The position numbers and the translations under genes were made by a program. DNA of 64,000 bases, taken from NCBI GenBank assembly GCA_963822965.1, contig CAWGJT010000010.1, positions 1,143,790 through 1,207,789 of the forward strand, read 5' to 3'. Origin of the DNA: an uncultured delta proteobacterium (lineage in GTDB: Bacteria; Myxococcota_A; UBA9160; UBA4427). Positions 46,579 through 56,457 of this stretch are shown in pieces; the first letter of the stretch is position 1, and each line of letters starts with the position of its first letter. Under the pieces are notes generated by a model. The model ran no database searches and was not told the DNA's origin. It saw nothing but the letters and a program-made list of their open reading frames with translations.

Positions 46579-49479
46579 TCAGCGCTCCAGGATCGAGCGA
46601 CCCATCGCGATCTCCGCCACGATCTCGTCCAGCCGTTCCGGAACGCGCGAGAGGTCGCGCACGCGGATCCGGGCCACGTGATCGCTGTCGTGCAGCCGGT
46701 CGACCCATTCGAGCTTGTTCGAGATGTGCTCTGCCAGCGCGGACAGGTCGAGGGAACGTCGTCCGGCCAGCTCGTCCCCGCCGAAGAACACGTACTCGCT
46801 TCCCGTCCGCCGGGCCAGGGACAGCGGCGAGCCGTAGCGCTCGCGCGCGATCCGCGCCGTCAGGTGGACGTCGAGTTCCTCCGGAACCTCGAGTACCACG
46901 AGCGCGTAGCCCGCGAAGTGCACGAGGCGGAAGTCGCGACGCGACACCCAGTCCACCTCGGGCGGGACCGCCGGCGTCTCGACGCGCGCGGCCTCGCGAG
47001 CCAGGTCGCTGGGGCGACCGGAGAGCAGCTCGTCCACGTCCGCACGACGGTCGCCGCTGTGCATCGCGATCTCGCCCAGGCGCCACCACCACACCCGGCC
47101 CCAACGCTCGTAGTCGTGGTGGCTGAACCGCGCCGCCATCAGATCGACGAGCTTGTCGGTGAAGCGGCTGCGGCGCGAGCAGCAGTCCAGCACGGCGGGC
47201 AGCGAGCTGCCCGTGCCGGGTGCCACCTGCACGTTGTCCTCGCCGAGCACGTCGCGGAGCGCCTGCAGGTCCTCGGGAGGCCACTGCTGGTGATCGAACC
47301 ACATCATGCGGTCGCGGTAGAGCGAGGCGGCCTGCAGCACGTCGACCGCCGGGCTCGGGGTGAAGCCCACCACGTAGATCGGCGTGTCGTCGCGCAGGTC
47401 GGTAGCCGCGCCCCGGAAGAAGTTCATCAGCTCGGACTGCGGATAGACCCAGAGCCCCTCGAGCATGCGGATGTCCCGCGCGATCAGCACCGCCGCGACG
47501 ATCGAGTCGCGATCCGCGTGGGCGAGGATCGCCGAGCGGCGTCGCGCCAGCTTCGGAACGTCGGCCACCACCTCGGGCAGCGGGCTCGGGGCGCGACTCC
47601 GCGTTCGGGGCTGGCGCTCCTCGCCGGCCTCCGCTTCGCGGTCTTCTTCCCCCTCTTCGTCCTCTTCGTAGCGGGGCGCCGGCTCGGCCTCGAAGTCCGG
47701 CACGTCCTCGCCGAGGTCCTCGAGCTCGAGGTCGGCGTCGTCGGTCAGGAAGCTCTCGTCGACGTCGTCCTCCGCTTCGGCCTCCGCCGGAGCCTTCGTC
47801 TCGGCGCCCGCCCCCGACCGTCGGGATTCCTCTCGGCCCGATGGTCCATCGGCGCCGGACGCCGACGCGTCGTCGGCGGAGCCCCGGCGGCTCTCGTCTC
47901 CCGAGCCGCCGCGCGGGCGCCTCCGGCCGCGACCGCGACGCCGCGGCCGACCGCCGGCCTCGCGTTCGCCCGGCTCGTCGTCGAGATCGAAGAGCGAGAC
48001 CTCCTCGAAGCGCGTTCCGCGCGCGCCCTCGTCTTCGGACGGCTCCGACGCACCGGACTCGTCCTCCGTCTCGCTCTCCCGGCCGCCGCCCTCGCGAGCG
48101 CCGCCTTCGCGGCGCCCCCGACCCCGACGTCCGCGCCCGCGCCGGCGGCTGCGCCCTCGGCCCTCGCCCGACCGCGTCTCCACCCCGGACTCGGCATCCT
48201 CGTCGGGGGCGGACGTCTCCTCGTCGTCCACCTCCGCGAGCTCTTCGACTTCGCGACGGGGGCGTTCGACCGGGCGGCGGCGACTCGGGCGCTCGGCCTG
48301 CGGGGCCTCGCCCGCCGCCACGGCGGTCAGCTCGATGTCTCCGTCGCGCCCGCGCATCTGGAAGAGCTCGTGGCCCAGCGCCAGCCCCTCGAGCACGCGT
48401 CCCACGCCGGGCGCAATCTCGCGCCCGCCCACCACGAGCCGGGGCGTGTCGAGCACGACCGGCGCCGCCGCCTGGGCGAGCACGCTCGGCAGCGAGACCT
48501 GCAGCCGCAGCGCCGCGTCGACGATCTCGGCGAGGGCATCGAGCCCGAGGTGCTCGCGCACGGCGCCGATCACGGGACGACCTTCCACGTCCACGCCGAC
48601 CCAGTCGATCACCTCCTCGTCGCCGCCACCCAGGGGCCACGGCACGAGGGATCGCAAGGAGTGCCAGGTGCGGAAGGCGGAGATGGCGCGCGCGCGCACC
48701 CCCTCCTCGCCCTCGCGCGTCCGCCGGTCGTTGAGACGCTTGCGCAGCTGCCCTTCCAGGGCGTCGAGCGCGTTGGAGAGCGACTCGGGCGTGAGACGCG
48801 CCGTCGACTGCTGGGGCTGCAGGGTCGTCAGCACGACGCCCCCGCTCTCGGCCCGCAGCTCGGCCACCCGTCGGGCGAGCAGCACGAACTCCACCGCCCG
48901 GCCGTAGCCGCGGAGCGCCCCACCGTGCTTGGCGGCCAGCCCCTCGAGCCCGCGCGCGGCGCGCAGGAAGAGGTCGCGATCCGCCGGGCGGGCGAGATGG
49001 CCGGCGATCTGCGCCGGAGACACCACAGTGAGCGAGCCCACCGCCTCGGGGGAGACGGACGTCCCCGGCTCGGCGAGGGACGGCGCCGCCACGGGCATGA
49101 TGCGATAGGCGAGCGGACCGAGCAGGCCCAGCAGCCGGCGGCCGGCGCTTCCCCACTCGGGCGCCACCGCGTAGATCTCGCCGGCGAACGACTCGGTCTC
49201 CACCATCCGCCCGCCCACGGCGAGCGCGGCGACCAGGGCATGGCTTCCGTCGCGGGGCGCGAAGGAGACGAGCAGGCGACCGCCGCTGCGGGCCTCCCCG
49301 CTGCCCAGCACGGCGAAGTCGCCGGGAACCTCGTCGGCCGGGAAGGGATCGAGCTGGCTCGCGGGCACGAGCTGCTGCTCGACGATCCGCTGGAGTACGG
49401 TGCTGGGGTCGATCGGGGCTGCCCCCGATGCCGGCCGGGCGCCTCCGCGGCGACGGCGCGTGAAACGTCTCATCATCAT
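46579..49479 (-). CDS. Large hypothetical protein: nuclease-like N-region, Arg/acidic disordered linker, degenerate DHH-like C-domain
   Basis: Clean 966-aa ORF; IDWVGVDVEGRPVIG; RRRGRGRRGRGRR and D/E tracts; AHADRDSIVAA...WFDHQ. Confidence 0.75.
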   Translation of the reverse strand: MMMRRFTRRRRGGARPASGAAPIDPSTVLQRIVEQQLVPASQLDPFPADEVPGDFAVLGSGEARSGGRLLVSFAPRDGSHALVAALAVGGRMVETESFAGEIYAVAPEWGSAGRRLLGLLGPLAYRIMPVAAPSLAEPGTSVSPEAVGSLTVVSPAQIAGHLARPADRDLFLRAARGLEGLAAKHGGALRGYGRAVEFVLLARRVAELRAESGGVVLTTLQPQQSTARLTPESLSNALDALEGQLRKRLNDRRTREGEEGVRARAISAFRTWHSLRSLVPWPLGGGDEEVIDWVGVDVEGRPVIGAVREHLGLDALAEIVDAALRLQVSLPSVLAQAAAPVVLDTPRLVVGGREIAPGVGRVLEGLALGHELFQMRGRDGDIELTAVAAGEAPQAERPSRRRPVERPRREVEELAEVDDEETSAPDEDAESGVETRSGEGRGRSRRRGRGRRGRGRREGGAREGGGRESETEDESGASEPSEDEGARGTRFEEVSLFDLDDEPGEREAGGRPRRRGRGRRRPRGGSGDESRRGSADDASASGADGPSGREESRRSGAGAETKAPAEAEAEDDVDESFLTDDADLELEDLGEDVPDFEAEPAPRYEEDEEGEEDREAEAGEERQPRTRSRAPSPLPEVVADVPKLARRRSAILAHADRDSIVAAVLIARDIRMLEGLWVYPQSELMNFFRGAATDLRDDTPIYVVGFTPSPAVDVLQAASLYRDRMMWFDHQQWPPEDLQALRDVLGEDNVQVAPGTGSSLPAVLDCCSRRSRFTDKLVDLMAARFSHHDYERWGRVWWWRLGEIAMHSGDRRADVDELLSGRPSDLAREAARVETPAVPPEVDWVSRRDFRLVHFAGYALVVLEVPEELDVHLTARIARERYGSPLSLARRTGSEYVFFGGDELAGRRSLDLSALAEHISNKLEWVDRLHDSDHVARIRVRDLSRVPERLDEIVAEIAMGRSILER

Positions 49480-49570
49480 TGCCTCCTGGGGAACTCTCGA
49501 CGGGGCGGGCAGGCCCAGCGGGCATGCCCCGCGTCCACGGCCCGCGTCCAGGGAGAGTCGATCCCGGTTC

Positions 49571-49924
49571 TCAGCTTCCCCCGACGTCCACGACAGCGAG
49601 GGAAAGGTTACCCGCCTCCACCAGCCAGACGGTCGAATCCACGAGCGTGCGTTGCAGCTCGAAGAAGAGGCGGTCGTTCGACACGGCCACCCCCACGTGG
49701 TCCTTGTGCTTTGCGAAATCGAGCAGGATGCCGCCGAGCAGCTTTCGATCGGAACGCACGTACTTCACGACGCGGTTCCACTTCTGCAAGGGGATCTCGA
49801 TCCGCAGCTCGCGCAGCTCCTTCAGGTCGTCCGGCAACGCGTCCTTCTGCAGGCTCAGCGTGATGATGCCGGTCGTCTTCGTGAGCGACGCCTTCCAGAA
49901 GCGTCCCTGGGCAAGCAGCGCCAT
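49571..49924 (-). CDS. Hypothetical protein (117 aa)
   Basis: GGAGGA RBS then ATG just after the upstream stop; protein-like composition MALLAQGRFWKASL... Confidence 0.75.
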   Translation of the reverse strand: MALLAQGRFWKASLTKTTGIITLSLQKDALPDDLKELRELRIEIPLQKWNRVVKYVRSDRKLLGGILLDFAKHKDHVGVAVSNDRLFFELQRTLVDSTVWLVEAGNLSLAVVDVGGS

Positions 49925-49926
49925 GG

Positions 49927-51063
49927 CTAGTCCTCCGCCGCCGCCGGCTCCGGCGCGCCCGCCGCACGGGCCCGGAGCCCGTCGAGCGCCGGTGCCAGCA
50001 GCACCTCGGTGAGGGCCGCGGCGACCGGGCCCTCCGGTGCGGTCGTGTCGTCGAAGCGCTCCGCGGCGCACAGACAGGCCCGGGCGTCGTCCTCGCGGTC
50101 GAGCTTCCACAGCACGTAGGCGCTCTCGCGGAAGCGCATCGCGGTGGCGGCGGCGCGGTCGTCGCCGTAGACCAGCGCCGCGAGTCCCGCCCAGTCCTCC
50201 TGGCCGGGCTCCTGCTTCGCCATCTCCTGCAGGCGCTCCTCGGCCAGATGCGCGAGATCCTGCGCGCCCGGCCCCCACGGACCGACGGCCCCCTTCTTGA
50301 CGAGCTCCACGGCCCGAGCGAGCGCGTCGCCGTCGCCGCCGCCGAGTGCCTCGACGACCACGTCTCCCGGCGTCTGGCCCGCCACTGCGAGGCGGCTGCG
50401 CCATTCGCCGAAGCCCTGGGGAAAGCGGCGGTCCGCGGGGTGCCGCTCGGCGATGCGGGCGACCAGGGCGCGCAGCGCGGCCGGAGGCGCCTCCACCGCC
50501 GGGAAGCGCGTGCGTTCCACGGCGTCGCGCACGAAGCGGCGAATGCGGCTGCGTCCGGCGCTGTAGACCTCGAAGTCGGCGATGCCCCGCGTCTCGTCCA
50601 GCAGCATTTCGAACAGCCGCGCGCCGCCGGCGGGATTCGGCTCCACCAGGTACACCAGCCGGGCACCGCGCGGATCGAGCGCCGACACGTAGGCGGCCTC
50701 GAAGGCGTCTTCGATCTGCGGCAGGCGGGAGACGGTGGCCCGGGGTGCGCGCTCGGGCAGCGACACGCCGCGCGAGCGCAGGCGGTGGAGCACGCCACGC
50801 AGGGCCTTGCGGCCGGCCTTCGGCAGGCCGTCCTCGTCCTGCGCCGCGATCACCTCGGGGCCGCCCTCCACGTCCACCCAGGCGAGGGCCAGCTCGGCCG
50901 CAGCCTCGGGTTCGTTCGCGAACAGCCAGGCGAGCAGGCGACCGCTGCCCTCGGCGCCGAGCAGCGCCAGCAGCTGGAAGGGATCGCCGTTCGCCGGCCG
51001 GATGGCATCGGCGTCGTCGGGCAGCGCGGAGGCCGCGCCCTCGAGAATGTCCGCAAGACTCAT
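49927..51063 (-). CDS. Hypothetical protein
   Basis: Long ORF with host codon usage in an operon between dgt and the 117-aa gene. Confidence 0.75.
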   Translation of the reverse strand: MSLADILEGAASALPDDADAIRPANGDPFQLLALLGAEGSGRLLAWLFANEPEAAAELALAWVDVEGGPEVIAAQDEDGLPKAGRKALRGVLHRLRSRGVSLPERAPRATVSRLPQIEDAFEAAYVSALDPRGARLVYLVEPNPAGGARLFEMLLDETRGIADFEVYSAGRSRIRRFVRDAVERTRFPAVEAPPAALRALVARIAERHPADRRFPQGFGEWRSRLAVAGQTPGDVVVEALGGGDGDALARAVELVKKGAVGPWGPGAQDLAHLAEERLQEMAKQEPGQEDWAGLAALVYGDDRAAATAMRFRESAYVLWKLDREDDARACLCAAERFDDTTAPEGPVAAALTEVLLAPALDGLRARAAGAPEPAAAED

Positions 51064-51135
51064 CGGGGAAGCTCCGTCCCGGCGCACCGGGCGCGCACAC
51101 CGGGCGGGCCCGGGCGCGGCTGCGCAGCATAGCGG

Positions 51136-52311
51136 TCAGCAGGGCTCATGGGGATCCAGCAGACGGCGATGCTCGGCCATCGCATAGCGGTCGGTCATGC
51201 CCGCGACGTAGTCGGCGACGGCCCGGGCGTCTCCCTCCGCCTCCCGGCGGACCTCCGCCCCGGGCGGCAGCAGGTCGGGCTCCTCGCGGTATACCCGGAA
51301 GAGGTCGGCGATCACGCCTTCGGCCTTCCGGGTCATTCGCCGCACGCGGGGATGCTGGTAGAAGCGCTCCAGCAGGAAGCGCTTCAGTACGAGCTTGTCG
51401 CGCTCCAGCCCTTCGGACAGCCCGACGAGGGGCTCCTCGGTGCCGCGCACGTCGTCGACACAGCAGACCCCGGCCGCTTCGATGCGCGCCGCAGACGTCT
51501 CGATCAGGTCGGTGATCAGCGCTCCCACCACCGCGGTCAGCACCCGTGAACGACGCACGTTCGCGGAGACCTCGGGAACGGCCGCGAGACGCCGGTCGAC
51601 GCTGTCGACCGCTCGCTGCCAGAGGGCGTTCTCGCCGACGTCCGCCTCGCTGAGGATGCCGGCGCGCAGGCCGTCGTCGAGGTCGTGGTGCATGTAGGCG
51701 ATCTCGTCGGCGGCGTCCGCGACCTGCGCCTCCAGGCTGCGCTGTCGCCCCAGCCGCGGCATGGGCAGCGGATGCTCCCAGTCGCAGCCGTGCTTCAGGA
51801 TGCCTTCCCGGGTCTCCATGGTCAGGTTGAGACCGGGCGCGCCCGGGTAGCGCTCCTCGAACAGGTCCACCACCCGCAGGCTCTGCCGGTTGTGGTCGAA
51901 GCCCCCGTCGTCGCGCATGAGGTCGCGCAGCACCCGCTCGCCGGCGTGGCCGAAGGGCGTGTGCCCGAGATCGTGGGACAGGGACACGGCCTCGGCGAGG
52001 TCCTCGTTGAGACGCAGGGCCCGCGAGACCGAGCGAGCGATCTGGGCGCCCTCGAGGGTGTGGGTCAGGCGGTTGCGGTAGTGGTCGCCTTCGTGGTGCA
52101 CGAAGACCTGGGTCTTGTACTCGAGGCGGCGAAACGCGCGCGAGTGGAGGACGCGGTCGCGGTCGCGCTGGAAGGCGGTGCGATAGGCGTCGGGCTCCTC
52201 GGCGTGGACGCGCCCGGCGGAATCGGCCGAGCGCACCGCGAAGGGGGCGAGCCGCTCGAACTCCTCCTTCTCGCTCACCTCGCGATTGCGAAGCCAGGGC
52301 GTCCCCGACAT
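51136..52311 (-). CDS. dgt: Deoxyguanosinetriphosphate triphosphohydrolase (HD family)
   Basis: FQRDRDRVLHSRAFRRLEYKTQVF, RLTHTLE, HDLGHTPFGHAGE, ADEIAY..HDLDD and DYVAGMTD motifs. Confidence 0.95.
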   Translation of the reverse strand: MSGTPWLRNREVSEKEEFERLAPFAVRSADSAGRVHAEEPDAYRTAFQRDRDRVLHSRAFRRLEYKTQVFVHHEGDHYRNRLTHTLEGAQIARSVSRALRLNEDLAEAVSLSHDLGHTPFGHAGERVLRDLMRDDGGFDHNRQSLRVVDLFEERYPGAPGLNLTMETREGILKHGCDWEHPLPMPRLGRQRSLEAQVADAADEIAYMHHDLDDGLRAGILSEADVGENALWQRAVDSVDRRLAAVPEVSANVRRSRVLTAVVGALITDLIETSAARIEAAGVCCVDDVRGTEEPLVGLSEGLERDKLVLKRFLLERFYQHPRVRRMTRKAEGVIADLFRVYREEPDLLPPGAEVRREAEGDARAVADYVAGMTDRYAMAEHRRLLDPHEPC

Positions 52312-52502
52312 CACTTCTCCTCGTCCGCCTCGCGCAGGATGTCGCGCAGCTGCTGCTTCGACTCCTCGCGGATGTCGCCGTGTGCGGGCTCCGGCTTCGC
52401 CTGGATGCCCCGGCGCCCTGTCTCGGCCGTGCTCGTGAGCAGCACCCAGGCCCCCGCCGCCGCCATCCCGAGCCCCACGGTGACGATGAGCCAGCGCTTC
52501 AC
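52311..52502 (-). CDS. Small membrane-anchored protein
   Basis: VKRWLIVTVGLGMAAAGAWVLL...HGDIREESKQQLRDILREAD; its stop overlaps the dgt start. Confidence 0.6.
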   Translation of the reverse strand: MKRWLIVTVGLGMAAAGAWVLLTSTAETGRRGIQAKPEPAHGDIREESKQQLRDILREADEEK

Positions 52503-52849
52503 GCGCACGTCCTCGTGCCGCTCGTGCCACTGACCTCGTCTGCGCGGAGCATGCGCTCGGTCTCGCTCGTGCTCGGTCTCGCTCGTGAAGGACCGTATGG
52601 GACAGCCCGGTTGCGTCCTGCGGGCGAATCGCTGGAACCAGGGGCGGTGCCCGGAATGACGAGGACGCTCGGCACCGCGTGGGGGGACGGCAAGGGTACG
52701 CGGAGCCCGTGCGGGTGTCAACGCCCGGATCGGACCCATATCCCCGATTTCAAAGGTATTTCGGGGCCTGCGGCCCGGCCCACGCGACGCTCTCGGCCCC
52801 CCCCGCGCGGCTCCGGCGAGGCCCCTCGAGTCGCTAAGCTGGGCCCACC

Positions 52850-54004
52850 ATGACTGCCCCCTGGAAGACCTCGCTCTCGCTGCCCCCGCGCCTGCTGCTC
52901 GGCCCGGGCCCGTCCAACGTTCCGGAGTCCGTGCGCGCCGCCATGGCGCAGCCCCTGGTCGGCCATCTCGACCCGGCCTTCCTGGCGGTGCTCGACGAGG
53001 TGCAGGAGCACCTGCGACGCCTCTTCGGCACCCGCAACGCGCTCACCCTGCCCGTGTCGGCCACCGGCAGCGCGGGCATGGAAGCCTGCCTGGTGAACCT
53101 GCTCGAGCCGGGTGACCGCGTCGTGGTGGGGGTGGCCGGCGTGTTCGGCGCACGCATGTGCGACGTGGCCTCGCGCGCCGGCGCCGCGGTGACGCGTGTG
53201 GACACCGAGCCCGGCACGATCCTGCCCGCCGAGGCGATGGCCGAGGCGATCGAGCGGGTGCACCCCAAGGTGGTGGCCTTCGTGCACGCGGAGACCTCGA
53301 CGGGCGTGCTCCAGCCCGTGTCCGAGATCGCCGACGCCGCGCGCGGCGCGGGGGCGCTGGTGGTGCTCGACTGCGTGACCTCCCTGGGCGGCATGCCCCT
53401 CGCCCTGGACGACTGGGGGATCGACGCGGCCTACAGCGGCACCCAGAAGTGCCTCGCCTGCCCGCCGGGCCTCTCGCCCGTCAGCTTCTCGGATCGCGCC
53501 CTCGAAGCCGTGCGCGCACGCCGGCGCCCGGTGCAGAGCTGGTACCTCGACGTCACGCTCCTCGCCGGCTACTTCCAGGGCGCGGGCGGGGGCCAGCGCG
53601 TGTACCACCACACCGCGCCCATCTCCATGGTGCTGGGCCTCGCCCAGGCCCTGCGCCTCGTGCTCGAGGAAGGCATCGATGCGCGCGCGGCGCGCCACCG
53701 CCAGGCGGCGGAGTCGCTCGTGGCCGGGCTCGCGCCCCTGGGCTTCGTGCCGCTGGTCGCCGAGGAACACCGGCTGCCGCCGCTCACCTCGCTGCGCCTG
53801 CCCGACACGGTCATCGGCTGGCGCGGCGGCGCGGGCGAGGCCGGACTGCGCCGCAAGCTGCTCGACAGCCACGGCATCGAGGTGGGCGGAGGACTCGGCC
53901 CCCTGGCCGGCAAGATCTGGCGCATCGGCCTGATGGGCGAGAACGCCCGCAAGGAGAACGTCGAGCTTCTCGTCGGCGCCCTCGAGCAGGAGCTTCCCTC
54001 GTAG
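52850..54004 (+). CDS. Alanine-glyoxylate/serine-pyruvate aminotransferase (class V PLP)
   Basis: LLGPGPSNV, HAETSTG, DCVTSLGG, YSGTQKCL and YHHT motifs. Confidence 0.93.
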   Translation: MTAPWKTSLSLPPRLLLGPGPSNVPESVRAAMAQPLVGHLDPAFLAVLDEVQEHLRRLFGTRNALTLPVSATGSAGMEACLVNLLEPGDRVVVGVAGVFGARMCDVASRAGAAVTRVDTEPGTILPAEAMAEAIERVHPKVVAFVHAETSTGVLQPVSEIADAARGAGALVVLDCVTSLGGMPLALDDWGIDAAYSGTQKCLACPPGLSPVSFSDRALEAVRARRRPVQSWYLDVTLLAGYFQGAGGGQRVYHHTAPISMVLGLAQALRLVLEEGIDARAARHRQAAESLVAGLAPLGFVPLVAEEHRLPPLTSLRLPDTVIGWRGGAGEAGLRRKLLDSHGIEVGGGLGPLAGKIWRIGLMGENARKENVELLVGALEQELPS

Positions 54005-54062
54005 CCGGAAGCGTGCGCTACTCGGCCGCGTCGGGCACGCCGTTGCCGTTGGTGTCCGTGGG
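53769..54062 (+). repeat. Left copy of ~295-bp imperfect direct repeat
   Basis: Matches 56163..56457; core 53840..54000 appears identical to 56233..56393. Confidence 0.9.
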
Positions 54063-54222
54063 TCCAGGCTCTCGATCGCGCCCAGTGGTGTCCTGGTTCA
54101 AATCCGATGACCCAGAGTTCGTGACCTCCGCAATCGCAGCTGTCAGCCCTTTGCCTGGACTGCAACCACCGACTTTAACCCTCGAGAAGTTCGAGCGACC
54201 AAGCCACCGTTGTTGAGGCACA

Positions 54223-54605
54223 TTAGTATTCCGTAGCCGGAATGGCTTTGACACGCCGGATCTTCCGGCGGATCTCTCGGACGGGCATCGTCCAGTGGAA
54301 CGGCTCACCATGCTCGTTCCACTCGGCGATGTACTTCGTGATGGCGCGTTCGAGTCGCCGCACGCTGTCGAAGCTGCCGCGAGAGATCGCCTGCCGCGTC
54401 AGCACCGAGAACCAGCTCTCCACCAGGTTCAGCCACGACGCGCTGGTGGGGGTGCAGTGGATGTGCAAGCGGGGGTGAGCCTCCAGCCAAGCGACCACCT
54501 TACGAGGCGTGTGGGTCCCGTAGTTGTCGCAGATGAGATGGATCTCGCACTGCGAATAGCGCTTGGCGATCGAGTCGAGGAACGCGATTAAGTCGACGTG
54601 TGCGT
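54223..54605 (-). mobile_element. IS630-family transposase C-terminal fragment
   Basis: IHLICDNYGTH...HCTPTSASWLNLVESWFS...RGSF...PFHWT (DDE_3 C-half); no N-terminal half present. Confidence 0.85.
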
Positions 54606-54677
54606 GGGAGGGGATAGGACCGTTACGGAACACTAGCGCTCGAAGCCATGCGTTTCGCGCGCGTCTGCGGTGGCACC

Positions 54678-56052
54678 TCACATGCGACGCCGTCGGCGAC
54701 GACGACGAATTCCGAGCGCACACGCCACCACGACTGGCGGCTCCAAGCCAATCAATCCACACGCATCTGCGAACTCCCTGACATCAGCTGCGTCGGTACA
54801 CTTGCTGTCCGCTGGAAAATCAGCTGACCCGTCTCCATCGTTGTCCAGAAAGTCGCTGCACTCGGAACGCAATACTCCGAAGGTTCCGGACAACGAACTC
54901 ATGTTGTCCACCGGGATTCCGGTAGGCATCAGTGTCAACGCTACGGGATCGAGTCGCTCGAGGGTCGACTGCCCCACAAGACAGGCAAGAACATTCCCAT
55001 CCGCTTCGAGAGTAATGTTGATTGTTTGGCCGAACGATAGCTCCTGAACCGCGCCCGTAGAGAGATCTACCCGCCTGATTCCACCGGTAGTGCCACCGCT
55101 CGCGTTCGAGACGAGAACGGCACCGCCCCCAGGCTCCACGACGAAGGACGTGTCGAGGAACCTTAGAACCTGCAGAACACTGGCACTCCCAGTCGATGGA
55201 TCCACGCGAACCAGCTGCGACAGCGGCGTTGGGGAAGGGAAAATGCGGACTGATGAACGGCTCGGCGAGCACATAGATGTCGCCGTTGGGGGCGAGCTCA
55301 ACGTCCCGCGGGTTCCCAATGAGGTAGTTCTCGAGCAGCAACGTCTGCTGCCCGTCATCCGCGACTCGAACGAGACGCCCCACGTAATACAAATCTATTC
55401 CGTTCGGCGACGTCGTCACGGTCAAGTCGAGCGAGTCGGCGACGACGTAGCTTCCGGGTGATTCGGTGACGACCGCCACCGGATCGACCAGCAGGCCGTT
55501 GCTCGTGATTTCGACCTCACCGTCGAAGGGAACTACGCGCAGGAGCCTCCCATCGGCATCGCCCAAGACCGGCGGAGTACCACCTGGAAGGCTCGGCGTC
55601 GGGCCACGATCCGGAATCAAGAGGTGGCCTCGCTCCGTAAAGGCGATGCTACCTGGATCGACCACACTCGACGCAAAGCTGTCGAGTTCGGCTCCGGTCG
55701 CGACATCCCGCAGGCGCACCACTGCGTCCTCGCCGACGCTCGAGACATTCGTGGCGTCCGTCACAACTTTGGGTGCCTCGCTGTCTACATCGGGATCATT
55801 GAAGCATTGGGGGTCGTCGAGATCGACGAGTCCATCGGAATCATTGTCCAGCCCGTCGTTACAAGCGGTCGCGGCTAGAATCACGACACCGGAAGGTACG
55901 AGCACCGGATCGATCGCGAACACGAGCCCATCAAGCTCTGAAATCTGCGCAATCTGCTGAAATCCAACCGCCGGGAGACCGATAGGGCTTCCAGTGGTCG
56001 CGTCGACCCGACTGAGAATCGACGGACCGGCAGTGAATACCGGCTCGCTCAA
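54678..56052 (-). pseudogene. N-truncated, frameshifted surface protein (propeller repeats, CxDGLDNDxDG motifs, CGLxxE-TM-RRR tail)
   Basis: ORFs 54820..56052 and 54678..55358 join near 55220; ends ACGLIGLEPPVVVACALGIRRRRRRRRM; no signal peptide found. Confidence 0.65.
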
Positions 56053-56162
56053 GAGCAGACTACCACAGCGCGCTCCGCGACTTCCCGCGCCTCAGCCAAC
56101 TCCGAACGGATCGCTGTATCCAATGTCCTTGGACTCAGCACCGCCCCCGGATCCGAGCTGGG

Positions 56163-56457
56163 ACCGGCTCGCGCTGCTCACCGAGCTGCGCTTAGCCGAA
56201 CGGTGCTCGGCTGGCGCGGCGACGCCGGCGAAGCCGGACTGCGCCGCAAGCTGCTCGACAGCCACGGCATCGAGGTGGGCGGAGGACTCGGCCCCCTGGC
56301 CGGCAAGATCTGGCGCATCGGCCTGATGGGCGAGAACGCCCGCAAGGAGAACGTCGAGCTTCTCGTCGGCGCCCTCGAGCAGGAGCTTCCCTCCTAGCCG
56401 CAAGCCCGTGCGCTACTCGGCCGCGTCGGGCACCCCGTTGCCGTTCGTGTCCGTGGG
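56163..56457 (+). repeat. Right copy of the direct repeat (duplicated aminotransferase 3' end plus end of the convergent gene)
   Basis: ORF 56203..56397 repeats the aminotransferase C-terminus GLRRKLLDSHG...EQELPS. Confidence 0.9.

Noticed and set aside
51136..52311. Anti-phage dGTPase paired with the deaminase
   Set aside because: Typical short housekeeping Dgt with host GC, 30 kb from the deaminase, in a core-looking operon.
52555..52586. 16-bp tandem duplication GCTCGGTCTCGCTCGT x2
   Set aside because: Two copies only in an intergenic/leader region; no evidence of function.
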